From the NCBI GenBank assembly GCA_965217585.1, contig OZ244561.1, forward strand, positions 96,001 through 160,000: a DNA stretch of 64,000 nt, given 5' to 3'. The stretch comes from Candidatus Latescibacterota bacterium (lineage in GTDB: Bacteria > Latescibacterota > UBA2968 > UBA8231). Of the stretch, positions 8,622-18,450 are shown piece by piece. Both the position numbers and the translations under genes were made by a program. The stretch's first letter is position 1, and every line of letters begins with the position of its first letter. The notes under the pieces were generated by a model. It was not told the DNA's origin and did no database searches. It was given only the letters and a program-made list of their open reading frames with translations.

Positions 8622-9635
8622 TCAGCGGCGCGGACTGAGGTATTTGGTCTCTAACTCGCCCATAATCCGCGCGGTGATGGCCATGATTTCGTCCTCAAAG
8701 GTATCGACGTTGTCCTTGGTCACCAGCACCGTGCCCGAGTTGACGAAGTACTGGTCGGGATTGGCCTGCCAGCCGTCGAGCAGATAGCTCAACAGCGCGC
8801 ACGTGATGTAACCGTGGCCGTAGGGGTTTTGCGAGATAGTCGCGTCGATGGCCCCCTGGCCGATCGCGTCGAGCACCACCGGGTCCGTGTCGATGCCGAC
8901 GAAGTGGATGCGCTTGTTATCCGGGGTCTGGTTCCACTCCGACAGAATGGTCGCCGCGGCCACGGTCGGCGTGTACCCCGTGCAAATCACGCCGTCGATC
9001 TCCTCGATCCGCGCCGAGAGCGCGTCCTGGATCTTGGCGGTGCTGGTCTCAATCGACTCCATACCGGCGACTTCTTGGACGATCTGGACCTCCGAGTATT
9101 TGGCCACCGCCGCCTCGACGCCTTCTTTGCGCAGGATAGTGTTGGGGTCTTCGACCAGTTCGAGCACGTTGAGGATGTTGCCCTTGCCGCCCATAAAGCC
9201 GATCAGCGCCTCGGTGGCCTCCATCGCCGCCTGTTTGACATCGGTCGCCACGCAAAACGAAGCGAGCGTCGGCAGCATCGTCGGCGCTCCATAGCTGACG
9301 ACATAGGCCCCGTTTTGCACCAATTCCTCGTACAGTCCGTTGGCGGCGCTGGCGTCGGCTGGGTAGAGCGAGAAGGCTTTGTAGCCTTGGGCGGCCAGCG
9401 GTTCGACGTTGGCGTTTTCGTTGTCCTGGGTCCAGTTTTGGCCGATCTGGCGCTTGATCTTAGTGCCGGTGTCGCGCTCATAGCCGATCACCCCTTTTTG
9501 TACCTCTTCGACATAGGGATGCACCATCAGGGCATACCAGACGATTTTTTTCTCCGTGGGCTTGTCGCCCGATTCGCCGGACCCGCCACACCCGGCGGCA
9601 ACGAGTGCGGCAGCACAAATTAGTAGCAAACGCAT
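8622..9635 (-). CDS. Sugar ABC transporter substrate-binding lipoprotein
   Basis: MRLLLICAAALVAAG-C lipobox; FVGID and ATISQNPYGHGY. Confidence 0.9.
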   Translation of the reverse strand: MRLLLICAAALVAAGCGGSGESGDKPTEKKIVWYALMVHPYVEEVQKGVIGYERDTGTKIKRQIGQNWTQDNENANVEPLAAQGYKAFSLYPADASAANGLYEELVQNGAYVVSYGAPTMLPTLASFCVATDVKQAAMEATEALIGFMGGKGNILNVLELVEDPNTILRKEGVEAAVAKYSEVQIVQEVAGMESIETSTAKIQDALSARIEEIDGVICTGYTPTVAAATILSEWNQTPDNKRIHFVGIDTDPVVLDAIGQGAIDATISQNPYGHGYITCALLSYLLDGWQANPDQYFVNSGTVLVTKDNVDTFEDEIMAITARIMGELETKYLSPRR

Positions 9636-9739
9636 GTAGGGTGTCTCCTTTCCGGTTTTGCAATATAACCATCCCTGCGCCCCTTGAGCCAATCCCCGCT
9701 TTGGCCTACTTTGCCGCCCAACCCAAAAGGAGCCTTATC

Positions 9740-10624
9740 ATGTATCTGATTGCGACTGTTGGCGTTTTGTTGCTGGCCCTGCCCGCCCTCGCCCACTATC
9801 CCGAAGACACCACCTTCAAGGTCTTCCAGTTTCCCGACGATCACGTCCCACAGATGGACGGCGATGCCGCCGACTGGACCAAGGTGCCCACCGAGTACTT
9901 CTACGACTATACCCAATACGCGGAACTGCACCGCGAGCGCGGCGCGCCCGACACCACGGATTTCCACGTGCGCCGCTCGGCCGTCGGCTGGAACAAAACC
10001 CACAACCGCCTGTATTTCATGGCCGAGGTGTACGACGATATCTGGCGCTTCCACAAGGACATCACCGACTCGCTCGACACCCCCCACAGCCGCCTGACCG
10101 GTGCCCACGTCCACGGCGCGGACATCTGGGAAATCGTCATTGACGCCGACCACGGCGGCGATAAGGTCATCCACTTCGCCGATCAAACAGAAGCCCCCCA
10201 CGTGGAATTGCGCCACCGCAGCGCCTATACCCAAAACTACCACCTCTACATCCCGCCGCTCAACGGCCAGTACTGGCATTGGCTATGGGGCAAGGCCCTG
10301 TGGACCAAAGAGGAACGCTATTCGGCTGTGGGATGGCAGGGCGCGGTCGAGCACCTGTCTTCGGGCACTGTCATCTACGAATGCTATCTAACGCCCTTCG
10401 ACGACCTGCACCCGGAAGGACCGCATCTGAGCCGCCGCCACTCGCTGCAAGAAGGCGCGATCATCGGCCTCGGCTGGTCCTTCCTCGACGCGGACACCAA
10501 AGAAGACACCTTTGACGCCTTTTGGGCGCTGACACAACACCCGAAAATGTACTGTAGCGGAGAATTTATCGGCGATTTTGAGCTTATGCCGATTGAGGAG
10601 GGGTTGTTTGGAGGGAGCGAATAA
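9740..10624 (+). CDS. Secreted CBM9/DOMON-like protein (paralog of 17362..18324)
   Basis: Signal peptide (PALA-H); PQMDGDAADW, GWN....RLYF...VYDD and E..ID.DH.G shared with the paralog. Confidence 0.65.
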   Translation: MYLIATVGVLLLALPALAHYPEDTTFKVFQFPDDHVPQMDGDAADWTKVPTEYFYDYTQYAELHRERGAPDTTDFHVRRSAVGWNKTHNRLYFMAEVYDDIWRFHKDITDSLDTPHSRLTGAHVHGADIWEIVIDADHGGDKVIHFADQTEAPHVELRHRSAYTQNYHLYIPPLNGQYWHWLWGKALWTKEERYSAVGWQGAVEHLSSGTVIYECYLTPFDDLHPEGPHLSRRHSLQEGAIIGLGWSFLDADTKEDTFDAFWALTQHPKMYCSGEFIGDFELMPIEEGLFGGSE

Positions 10625-10735
10625 GGCCCGTCAGCTTTGGCCGCTTACGCCACGAAATCGGCAGATACGCTCAGGTGATGGCAGTCGGCAATAGTTGCAA
10701 AGCGAAAACCTGCGGCAACACTTTACCGCCCGTGC

Positions 10736-13312
10736 TCAGTACGCCACCGACACCGCCCTGAGCACATGCGAGTCTTTGACCTGGGCTCCCTCGGTATCGG
10801 TATCCACGCTCAACTGCACCAAATACAGACCTGGCGACACCACGCGCCCGCCGTCGTCCCGGCCATCCCACTCGACCTCATAGGGACCGGTGCTAAACGG
10901 GCGCTCTTGCACGAGACGCCGTACTTGGCGGCCTCCCAAGTCGTAGATCGCCGCGACCACCGGGCTATCGTCACCGACCCGCACGACGTTGAAGGCAAAG
11001 ACCGTGCGGTCGTTGATCCCATCGCCATTGGGCGAAAAGGCAGCCGGCTGCACGGCCACATCCGTGAGCAGAGCGTTGTGCTCCACAGCGGCGACAATGG
11101 TCGTGGTATTGCCGATGACCTGCGTTAGGGCCTCCCCTGGGTCGATCCGCTGCCAAGCACCGCCGCCGTCTGCGCTGCTATTGCGCAGGGCCGCCTGTAA
11201 CACCGCGCCGGTGACAAAAAGCGCCGTCTCAAAATCTAGCCTCAGCACTTCCGTGGGTCCATTGGACTGTATCGCATCAAAGCGCACGTGCAGCGAGTCT
11301 CGGCCCGTAGGGATGACCTCGACCCCGGTCAGCGCGCTTGGGCCCGTCTCGCCGTCGAAGTCCGCCACCCGACCGCCGTAAAGGCCCACCATATCCAGTT
11401 CCATATTCGATGGCGCGAACAACAACAGCTCGTCAAAACCCGGATCGCGGCGGTCGAACTGCGGCCGCACGTACAGCGAGAAGGGCCGTTGCACCCCGAG
11501 TTCGTCCACCTCGAACGGGCCGATCTCTCCCAGCAGACGCTGCGCCACGGGATTGGCGAAGTTGAGATGGACCGAGCTCAGCGTTGGGCTTACCTCCGGG
11601 TCTTCCGACAGCAAAATCGCCTGCACCGTCAGGAACTCCCGCGGCGACGGCGAGATAATCGGGCTGCCCGCCGGATCCTCGTAGGGCGCACTCCAATTGC
11701 TCCAATCGCTGCCGGGCACCTGCTCGGCGACGGTGTCGCCCCGGAATAGCGACAGCATCTTGTTGTACTCGCTTTCGGTCACCTCCGTGCCATCTTTTTT
11801 GAAATAGTGCAGTATCTCACCCAATTCATTGCCCGTGCGAGTCTGAATCAGCACTTGGGTGCCGGGGGGGGTATCGGCGTCCCACTCAATCGACAATAGG
11901 TTGCGGCTGCCGCCCAAGCGAATCAGGTCCGACCGCAGCGAGACTTCCGGCTGGAAGCCTTCGCCGTAGAACTGCAACTCGGATATATCGGCTGTGCGGG
12001 CACCGATGGCATTCAAGGTCCACTGAAAGCGGCCAAACCGCGCCTTGATCGGCTCGAACGCCTCGCCTTCAAATCGCGAGCTAGGGCGCGAACCTAGCGA
12101 CGCCTTGGTGGTCCACTGGAGACTGCCGTCCGGCGCGAGGGTGCCGTCGGAAAAATCCATCCGATAGCTAGGAAACAAACCGCCATTGTAAATCAGGCGG
12201 AAGGTATCGACCCAATAAAAGGAGCCCAAATCGAAGACCAACTCCAACTCGGGATCGGCCACCGCCGTGGAGACCCCGTAAAAGATGCGATTGAAGGTCG
12301 CCAAGTCGCCATCGATAAACTTGGTCAGGGCCAGCGGCTGCTTCGCATTGGTGGAGATAACGCCACCGCGAGCGAGGATGCCGGCGGTTAGCTCGTCCCC
12401 TTCATTCCATACTTCTAGCTCGGCCAAGCGAGGCAATTCCCGGCGAAAGTAGCGGATGCTGCCCCGGCGTTCTTCGTCCAATATGTCGTACAGGTCTTGG
12501 TCAACGGGCACCTCGCGACCATCGGGCTGGCGCTTGAAGTACTGGATCGCGCCACGCGTCTCTTCACTGAGGGTTTCGTATTCATCGGCAGCGACTTCCG
12601 TGCCGAGCAGCCCGTCGGTATCCGTGACTAAAATTTGCACAAAGCGCACGGCCGCGGCCTGCACGGCGAGCTGTTCGTTCGTCAGATCGACAGTAAAGAT
12701 CCGCTGGCTCTTGTTTTTTTTCAAGGTCCGCAACACGGTCTTAAAGGCCGGGTTTTCGCTGTTTTGCAAGCGCGCCGGCTTCAGCCCGTCGGAGATGAGC
12801 ACCTCGAAAAGGAGAAAGGGATCGCCCATGCCCTCCTCGACAAAGCGCACCACGAGTTCTTTGGCAAAAACCACGCGGCCCAAGTCGATCACAAACCACC
12901 ACTGCGAAGCCAAGTCTCTGTCGGCCGAAGGCGGATCGGGCTGCCAATAAGTGGTGATGTCGCCGTCGAGCAGGTTGACCACATCGGCGACATTGGAGCC
13001 GCCCTTGACGGCATCGGCGAGGACAATCTCTTCGGGCTCTTTGTCGCCGAGGGACGCCGGCGGATTAAAGCGCAAATAATCGACAATGTCGAACACTGCA
13101 TTGGTATTTTTCTCAATGCGCCGAGCGCGCACTTCTCCGTCCGGAGAAATCGTCAAGGTCCCCGGGGCGGATTCCCAGTTCTGCCAATGGTTGCGGCCAT
13201 TGATCACGACCTGATTGCCGCGGACCCGATGGCCAGCCCGCTGGGCGCACACGGCGGTCCCAGCCAGTGCGATAGCTAGCCCAATGAAAAAGACGCGTCC
13301 GAAGATAGTCAT
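10736..13312 (-). CDS. Secreted protein with two discoidin-like domains and FxPNGDG/FlgD-Ig C-terminal domain
   Basis: 858 aa; signal peptide; LLDGD..TYW, IDLG, FSPNGDGIND, IYDLGGR and WDGRD...PGLY. Confidence 0.75.
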   Translation of the reverse strand: MTIFGRVFFIGLAIALAGTAVCAQRAGHRVRGNQVVINGRNHWQNWESAPGTLTISPDGEVRARRIEKNTNAVFDIVDYLRFNPPASLGDKEPEEIVLADAVKGGSNVADVVNLLDGDITTYWQPDPPSADRDLASQWWFVIDLGRVVFAKELVVRFVEEGMGDPFLLFEVLISDGLKPARLQNSENPAFKTVLRTLKKNKSQRIFTVDLTNEQLAVQAAAVRFVQILVTDTDGLLGTEVAADEYETLSEETRGAIQYFKRQPDGREVPVDQDLYDILDEERRGSIRYFRRELPRLAELEVWNEGDELTAGILARGGVISTNAKQPLALTKFIDGDLATFNRIFYGVSTAVADPELELVFDLGSFYWVDTFRLIYNGGLFPSYRMDFSDGTLAPDGSLQWTTKASLGSRPSSRFEGEAFEPIKARFGRFQWTLNAIGARTADISELQFYGEGFQPEVSLRSDLIRLGGSRNLLSIEWDADTPPGTQVLIQTRTGNELGEILHYFKKDGTEVTESEYNKMLSLFRGDTVAEQVPGSDWSNWSAPYEDPAGSPIISPSPREFLTVQAILLSEDPEVSPTLSSVHLNFANPVAQRLLGEIGPFEVDELGVQRPFSLYVRPQFDRRDPGFDELLLFAPSNMELDMVGLYGGRVADFDGETGPSALTGVEVIPTGRDSLHVRFDAIQSNGPTEVLRLDFETALFVTGAVLQAALRNSSADGGGAWQRIDPGEALTQVIGNTTTIVAAVEHNALLTDVAVQPAAFSPNGDGINDRTVFAFNVVRVGDDSPVVAAIYDLGGRQVRRLVQERPFSTGPYEVEWDGRDDGGRVVSPGLYLVQLSVDTDTEGAQVKDSHVLRAVSVAY

Positions 13313-13394
13313 AGCGTTTCCCGTTGTGTTCTAAGGTGTTCTAACTCGTTTAGGGTACGGAAATTGCGCATCGAGATGGCTCCTAGTAGCGCGC

Positions 13395-15311
13395 TTAGTA
13401 AGCGAGCGAGATGACAGCTTGCCGGGAGGCTGGCCCCTTGTCGGTCTCGACGCTCACGCGCAGAATGTACAACCCCGGCGGCACCTGCTCTCCGCGCTCA
13501 TCCCGTCCGTCCCACGCCCCCACGTACCGGCCGCTGGACGTCCAATCCGCACTCACCACGCCCAACAGACGGCCCGACAAATCGTACACCGACGACTCCA
13601 CCTGCACCGGCCCCACCAAATTCAGCACATTGCACTCGATGCTCACCGCGTCGTTGATGCCGTCGCCGTTGGGGCTAAACACCGACGGCATCAGCGCCAA
13701 GTCGCCGATGGTCTGCACCCCTAAGCGGGTCAACCCCACGCTCAACCTGTTGCTCTCGGAGAGCACGTCCGCGTCCCCAGACTCTAGGCTTTGCGGCACC
13801 TCTTGAGGCTGCTCGCTGTTGGAGATCCGCCCGGAAAACACCGTGCCGAACTTAAAGATCGCGGTCTGGAAATCTACCTCGATCAGCTCCTCGGTGCGCT
13901 GCGCGTCAATCCTCGGTAGCTGCACCGCAAAACCGGTCTCGTCCAGCCGCACCACCTCAAAGGCCACCGGCTCGCCCGAAATCCGCACCTCATCCACACT
14001 CTGTGCCTGGACCGGCGTGTCAATGGCCAGCCGATCAAAGCCCAAATCGTCGCTGGCCAAGGCCGCCCGCAACTTGTAGGTGAAGGCCGTAACCTCACCC
14101 GGCGGCACGGCCGCAGGCGATATCTCGGCGACGGCTTGTTGCGCCACCGGTGGGACCGACACGGTAAACTGTACCCAATCCAACTGCCCACTGGTCTCTC
14201 GGCTCGACGAGAAGTCCGCACGCAACTGCACGTAGCGCTGAGGCCCATCCCCGACCATCTCCCCCTGCCCGGCTGCGAAGTCGTAGGCCGAACCCCAGAA
14301 CGCCCAATTCTCCGTGTCGTGGGTAATGCCGGCCTTCTCGCCGAGCGCCAGCTTATTGTACGACGCCAGCGTCAGGGGGCGGCCCTTGGCGTCAAAGCGG
14401 GTGCGCTCGCCGCCGCGAAAGGTGGTCCGCCAGTAGATATTCGGGTCCGCGTCCTGCCCGCTGCGCGTACTCAGGGCCACGCTGGCCTCCTCGTCCTCGC
14501 GCCCAGCCCACGTCAGTTCCCCCAAGCTCGCCAAGGCCCCTAAGTCGATCACATTGGACACGTAGTCCGCAAAGGGCGCAAAGCCATTGCCGTAGATTTC
14601 CAACTCCGCGATCTCCCAGATGCCGCGCGTATTTTCCGCCGCCGAGAAGAGCACCCGCCGCACGGGCTCCGCCGGCAGGGGCAGGTCGATGACGGCTTCG
14701 GTGTTTTCGGTTATATCGTAGATAATGTCGAAGTCCAGTTCGCTCCCCCTGCGCCCAATGCGGAACTCACGTGAACCATCTTTGAGGGGATCGCCGTCGT
14801 TGATACCGATCCTGAAGGTCTCTACAAAGCGGTCCGTCAGGTGTTTGGTGCGCGGGAAAAAGCGAATCCTCTCTAACAGTAGGGGCGCGCCAAAATCAAA
14901 GGTCAGGTACTTGTCCGGTGGCCCGTGCGAGGCAAAGTGACCGTCTCCGAGGTAAATGGTGCTCGGGTCTTGGTCGAACATGAAGAGATCGTCCGCCTGA
15001 GGCGGCCCCCAGCCAATCCACACCAAGTTCAGAATCTGGCCGCCTTGCTCTTCGATGACCGGCACGAGATTGACCGACGAATCGAACCGTTGGGGGCGCA
15101 CGAAATCTGGATCGAACACCAGCAACTCCTCGCGGCCGTGCTGCGCCGCGTCAATGTCGCTCCAGCCGATTTGCACGAATTCGTACGGAGTGTCCAACTC
15201 CGGAGGCGGCAGGCTCTCGCCGCCGATCCGATAGATCGTCAGCCCGCTCGCCGGACCGACCGCGCCGACCCACAGGACCGCCCATACACACGCCGTTAAA
15301 CGCCCAGCCAT
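13395..15311 (-). CDS. Secreted discoidin-like protein with FxPNGDG/FlgD-Ig C-terminal domain
   Basis: Start MAGRLTAC; FDFG, RIRFFPR, WEIAELEIYG, FSPNGDGIND and WDGRD. Confidence 0.75.
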   Translation of the reverse strand: MAGRLTACVWAVLWVGAVGPASGLTIYRIGGESLPPPELDTPYEFVQIGWSDIDAAQHGREELLVFDPDFVRPQRFDSSVNLVPVIEEQGGQILNLVWIGWGPPQADDLFMFDQDPSTIYLGDGHFASHGPPDKYLTFDFGAPLLLERIRFFPRTKHLTDRFVETFRIGINDGDPLKDGSREFRIGRRGSELDFDIIYDITENTEAVIDLPLPAEPVRRVLFSAAENTRGIWEIAELEIYGNGFAPFADYVSNVIDLGALASLGELTWAGREDEEASVALSTRSGQDADPNIYWRTTFRGGERTRFDAKGRPLTLASYNKLALGEKAGITHDTENWAFWGSAYDFAAGQGEMVGDGPQRYVQLRADFSSSRETSGQLDWVQFTVSVPPVAQQAVAEISPAAVPPGEVTAFTYKLRAALASDDLGFDRLAIDTPVQAQSVDEVRISGEPVAFEVVRLDETGFAVQLPRIDAQRTEELIEVDFQTAIFKFGTVFSGRISNSEQPQEVPQSLESGDADVLSESNRLSVGLTRLGVQTIGDLALMPSVFSPNGDGINDAVSIECNVLNLVGPVQVESSVYDLSGRLLGVVSADWTSSGRYVGAWDGRDERGEQVPPGLYILRVSVETDKGPASRQAVISLAY

Positions 15312-15322
15312 ACTCGGCTCCT

Positions 15323-17248
15323 TCAGTATACCAAGGAGACGACGGCCTGCCGCTGCGTCGTCCCCTGATCCGTCTCCACACTCAAACCCACTACATACAA
15401 CCCCGGCGGCAACAAAGAACCACTCGCATCCCGACCATCCCACACCCCCACATACCGACCACTACCCAACCAGGACTCACCCACCAACCCCACGCGACGA
15501 CCCGACACATCATACACCCAACAAACTACCGACGAGGGACCTGACAAATTCAGCACATCGCAGCCAATCTCTACTACGTCGTTGATCCCATCCCCGTTGG
15601 GACTAAACACCCCAGGATCCACCGACAACGCACCCAACGGGCCTGTGCCCAACCTCGTCAAATCTACTCGCAGCCGCTCACTCGACGGCACCCCATCCGC
15701 ATCCCCCCAAGCCAACGCCTGCGGCACCTCATCAGGATGCTGGCTGTTGAAAATGCGACCCGTAAACACCGTGCCAAATTGGAACACCGACGCGTGAAAG
15801 TCCACCTCCAGCACCTCTTCGGTGCGTTGCGCATCCATCGCCGGCACGGCCAACACCACTCCGGTGTCGTCGCTCTGGACAATGTCAAAGGCCACCGATT
15901 GACCCGACAGACGCACCGCATCCACGCTCTGCACCCGCGCGGGTGTGTCGATGGCCAGCCGGTCGAAGCCCAAGTCATCGCTGGCAATCGACGCCTTGAC
16001 CTTGTAGGTGAACGCACCCACAGCCCCCGGCGGCACCGTCGAGGGCATGATCTCGGCGATGGCTTGTTGCGCCACCGGCGGGATCGACACCGCCAGCGCC
16101 ATCCAGTCGAGCCGACCGCTGGCATCTTGCCCCGAGGTGAAGTCGGCGCGCACTTGCACAAACTGGCGTGGACCTGCCCCGGCAATGGCCCCCTCGCCAG
16201 CGACAAAGTCCTGCGCAGCACTCCAGAAGGTCCACCCCGCGGTATCGTGAGTGAAGCCCGCCTGCGCGCCACGCGCGAGCTTGTTGTACGACGCTAAGGT
16301 TAGCGGGCGACCCTTGGCGTCGAAGCGGGTGCGCTCGCCACCGCGAAAGGTGTAGCGCCAGTAGGTGTTGGGATCGTCGTCGTGGCCGCTACGCGTGCTT
16401 AACGCCAGCGTGGCCCCTTCATCCTGTTGGCCAGCCCACGTCAGGCTACCGAGGCTGGCGGGTACGCCCAAGTCAATCACATTCGACACATAGCTGGCAA
16501 ACGGCGCAAAACCATTGCCGTAGATCTCCAACTCCGCGATCTCCCAGATGCCGGTCGTGTTCTCGGGCGCTTCAAAGAGCAACCGCCGCACCGGCACGGT
16601 CGGCAAGGGCATATCAATGACGGACTCGACGTTCTCGAAGACATCGTACGGAAGGTCGAAGTCAAAGAAGCTACCCCGGATGCCCTGCGTGAATTCCCGA
16701 GTGCCTTTCTTGAGCGGATCGCCGTCGCTGATGCCGACGATGAAGCGCTGCACAAACCGGTCGGCCAAAAATCGCTCGCGGGGGAAGAAGCGAATGCGCT
16801 CGAGGAAAAAGCGGCCCCCCAAGTCGAAAATCAGCGATTTCTGGCGAATGACACCGTAATCCCCGCCCCAATCGCCATCGCCCAAAAACGCCGTCGTGGG
16901 GTCGCCATCGAACATGGCCAAGTCGTTACCGCTAGCCGGCCCCCAGCCGATCCAAGTCAGGGCCAGCACCTGTCCACCGCGCTCTTCGAGCATCGGCACC
17001 AAGTTGACTGTGGGATCCAAGTGCAGCGGCTCGACAAAGCCGGTATCTATTTTTACCAGTTCGGCCAAGCCATGCATCTTGGGGTCCGCTCCGGCCCATG
17101 ACAACTGCACGAACTCGTAGGGAACTTCCAAGTCGGGCGGGGGCAGATCCTCCCCTCCGAGGCGGATTACGGTCAGGGCTGCAACAGAAGTTGGCCCACC
17201 CAAAAAACACCATCCAAATGCGAGGAGAATCCCAATGCGCTGTGGCAT
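15323..17248 (-). CDS. Secreted discoidin-like protein with FxPNGDG/FlgD-Ig C-terminal domain (tandem paralog)
   Basis: Start MPQRIG; colinear with 13395..15311, with long near-identical stretches. Confidence 0.75.
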   Translation of the reverse strand: MPQRIGILLAFGWCFLGGPTSVAALTVIRLGGEDLPPPDLEVPYEFVQLSWAGADPKMHGLAELVKIDTGFVEPLHLDPTVNLVPMLEERGGQVLALTWIGWGPASGNDLAMFDGDPTTAFLGDGDWGGDYGVIRQKSLIFDLGGRFFLERIRFFPRERFLADRFVQRFIVGISDGDPLKKGTREFTQGIRGSFFDFDLPYDVFENVESVIDMPLPTVPVRRLLFEAPENTTGIWEIAELEIYGNGFAPFASYVSNVIDLGVPASLGSLTWAGQQDEGATLALSTRSGHDDDPNTYWRYTFRGGERTRFDAKGRPLTLASYNKLARGAQAGFTHDTAGWTFWSAAQDFVAGEGAIAGAGPRQFVQVRADFTSGQDASGRLDWMALAVSIPPVAQQAIAEIMPSTVPPGAVGAFTYKVKASIASDDLGFDRLAIDTPARVQSVDAVRLSGQSVAFDIVQSDDTGVVLAVPAMDAQRTEEVLEVDFHASVFQFGTVFTGRIFNSQHPDEVPQALAWGDADGVPSSERLRVDLTRLGTGPLGALSVDPGVFSPNGDGINDVVEIGCDVLNLSGPSSVVCWVYDVSGRRVGLVGESWLGSGRYVGVWDGRDASGSLLPPGLYVVGLSVETDQGTTQRQAVVSLVY

Positions 17249-17290
17249 AACGGCCTTGTGACTTGACTGAGGGAATGCGAAAAATATGAC

Positions 17291-17328
17291 AAAAAAGGAC
17301 GGGCAGATCAATGAAGACCTACCCGTCC
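17291..17328 (-). terminator. Intrinsic terminator
   Basis: GGACGGGTAGGTC-TTCATT-GATCTGCCCGTCC, a 13-bp stem with 2 G-U pairs, followed by TTTTTT, downstream of 17362..18324. Confidence 0.8.
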
Positions 17329-17361
17329 CACTACGGATATTTGCTGCTTTAAGCGGGTGAT

Positions 17362-18324
17362 TTATCTACCGACGGAAGCCTTAATATGGCCCCAGCTATC
17401 GTTCTCGACCGCGGTCTCCAAAGCCGCGAGTGCAGCTTCGTCGAGAGGCAGCAAAACAAAGTCGGAAAACGAACTGGCGTTGCCAAAGATATCGGACTGG
17501 CCGCCTAACGTCCACTTGGCCGTCCACGGGGTGTTAGATTCGGCATCTGCCGGGCCGTTGTCGTTATCGACGACCTGCAAACCAGCGCCGACAATTTCCA
17601 GCTCGACGAAGTCGTGCTGGGTGCTCAGTTCGGGACCCTGCCAGTTGAAATCGTCCCAGCCAATGGTGTACCACTCGGCTTGGAAATTGGCCTCAGCACC
17701 ATGGACGCCGTCGAGGTTGAAGGAGTCCGCGCAGCACTGGTGCGGCTCGTCGCCGTGCCAAGTCGAGCTGGACATCCAAAACCAACTCCAGCCATTAGGA
17801 TCACTACCAGACGTGATAGCCGGCCAGCGGTAATGCGAGGTCTGAGTCTGGCCGCCGGTGAAGAGCTTGTTCTCTTCTTCGGTCAAGTCGCCACCAATGC
17901 CAGCGCCGCCGGCGTGGAACCAGCCACCGGAGTGGTCGGAGTCCAGACCGATCTCAATCGAGTCGTCTTGACCGCAGCAGCCAATGCCGCCGGCATCGCG
18001 ATCCCAAACGTCATCAAAGCGGTCGAAGACATAGTAGATGCGATCCAACTCGTCGTTCCAGCCCATGGCAAAGCGAAAGAACAGATTGGAGCGATCCTTT
18101 TCGCGCCCGACATCGCCTTCGCCGACGATGATGTCGGTATCATCGCTGTCAATCCACACCTCGGCTGGCATGATTTCCCACTCTGAGATATCGCCGTCAA
18201 GGACGGGCAGTTTGTCGGTCGGCCACTGGAAGGCACCATATACCGTCCCTTCGGGAATATGGGCGAAGGCGGACGAACTCACCAAGCCCATAACGGCAGC
18301 CAGCACCGCAATTTTCTTGCTCAT
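17362..18324 (-). CDS. Secreted acidic CBM9/DOMON-like protein with C-terminal TAVE..SWG.IK motif
   Basis: 320 aa; signal peptide AFA-H; PVLDGDISEW; ends ETAVENDSWGHIKASVGR. Confidence 0.7.
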   Translation of the reverse strand: MSKKIAVLAAVMGLVSSSAFAHIPEGTVYGAFQWPTDKLPVLDGDISEWEIMPAEVWIDSDDTDIIVGEGDVGREKDRSNLFFRFAMGWNDELDRIYYVFDRFDDVWDRDAGGIGCCGQDDSIEIGLDSDHSGGWFHAGGAGIGGDLTEEENKLFTGGQTQTSHYRWPAITSGSDPNGWSWFWMSSSTWHGDEPHQCCADSFNLDGVHGAEANFQAEWYTIGWDDFNWQGPELSTQHDFVELEIVGAGLQVVDNDNGPADAESNTPWTAKWTLGGQSDIFGNASSFSDFVLLPLDEAALAALETAVENDSWGHIKASVGR

Positions 18325-18401
18325 TGCTACAACCCCCTATGTTGGTTGAGTGAATAGTGAAAAACGCCCCATCTCATAAAGGACGCATCATACGAAAGTC
18401 T

Positions 18402-18433
18402 TGAAACAAATAATGAAACATCTCTTTTGTCAA
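18402..18433 (-). promoter_or_regulatory. Putative promoter region with TGAAACA direct repeat
   Basis: TTGACA at 18428-18433; TGAAACA at 18402-18408 and 18414-18420; -10 unclear. Confidence 0.35.
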
Positions 18434-18450
18434 GCATTTTCTCTTTAGTC

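Noticed and set aside
13395-17248. Diversity-generating retroelement (template/variable repeat) behind paralog similarity and A-poor C-terminal region
   Set aside because: No reverse transcriptase or non-coding template in the window; differences are not confined to adenines
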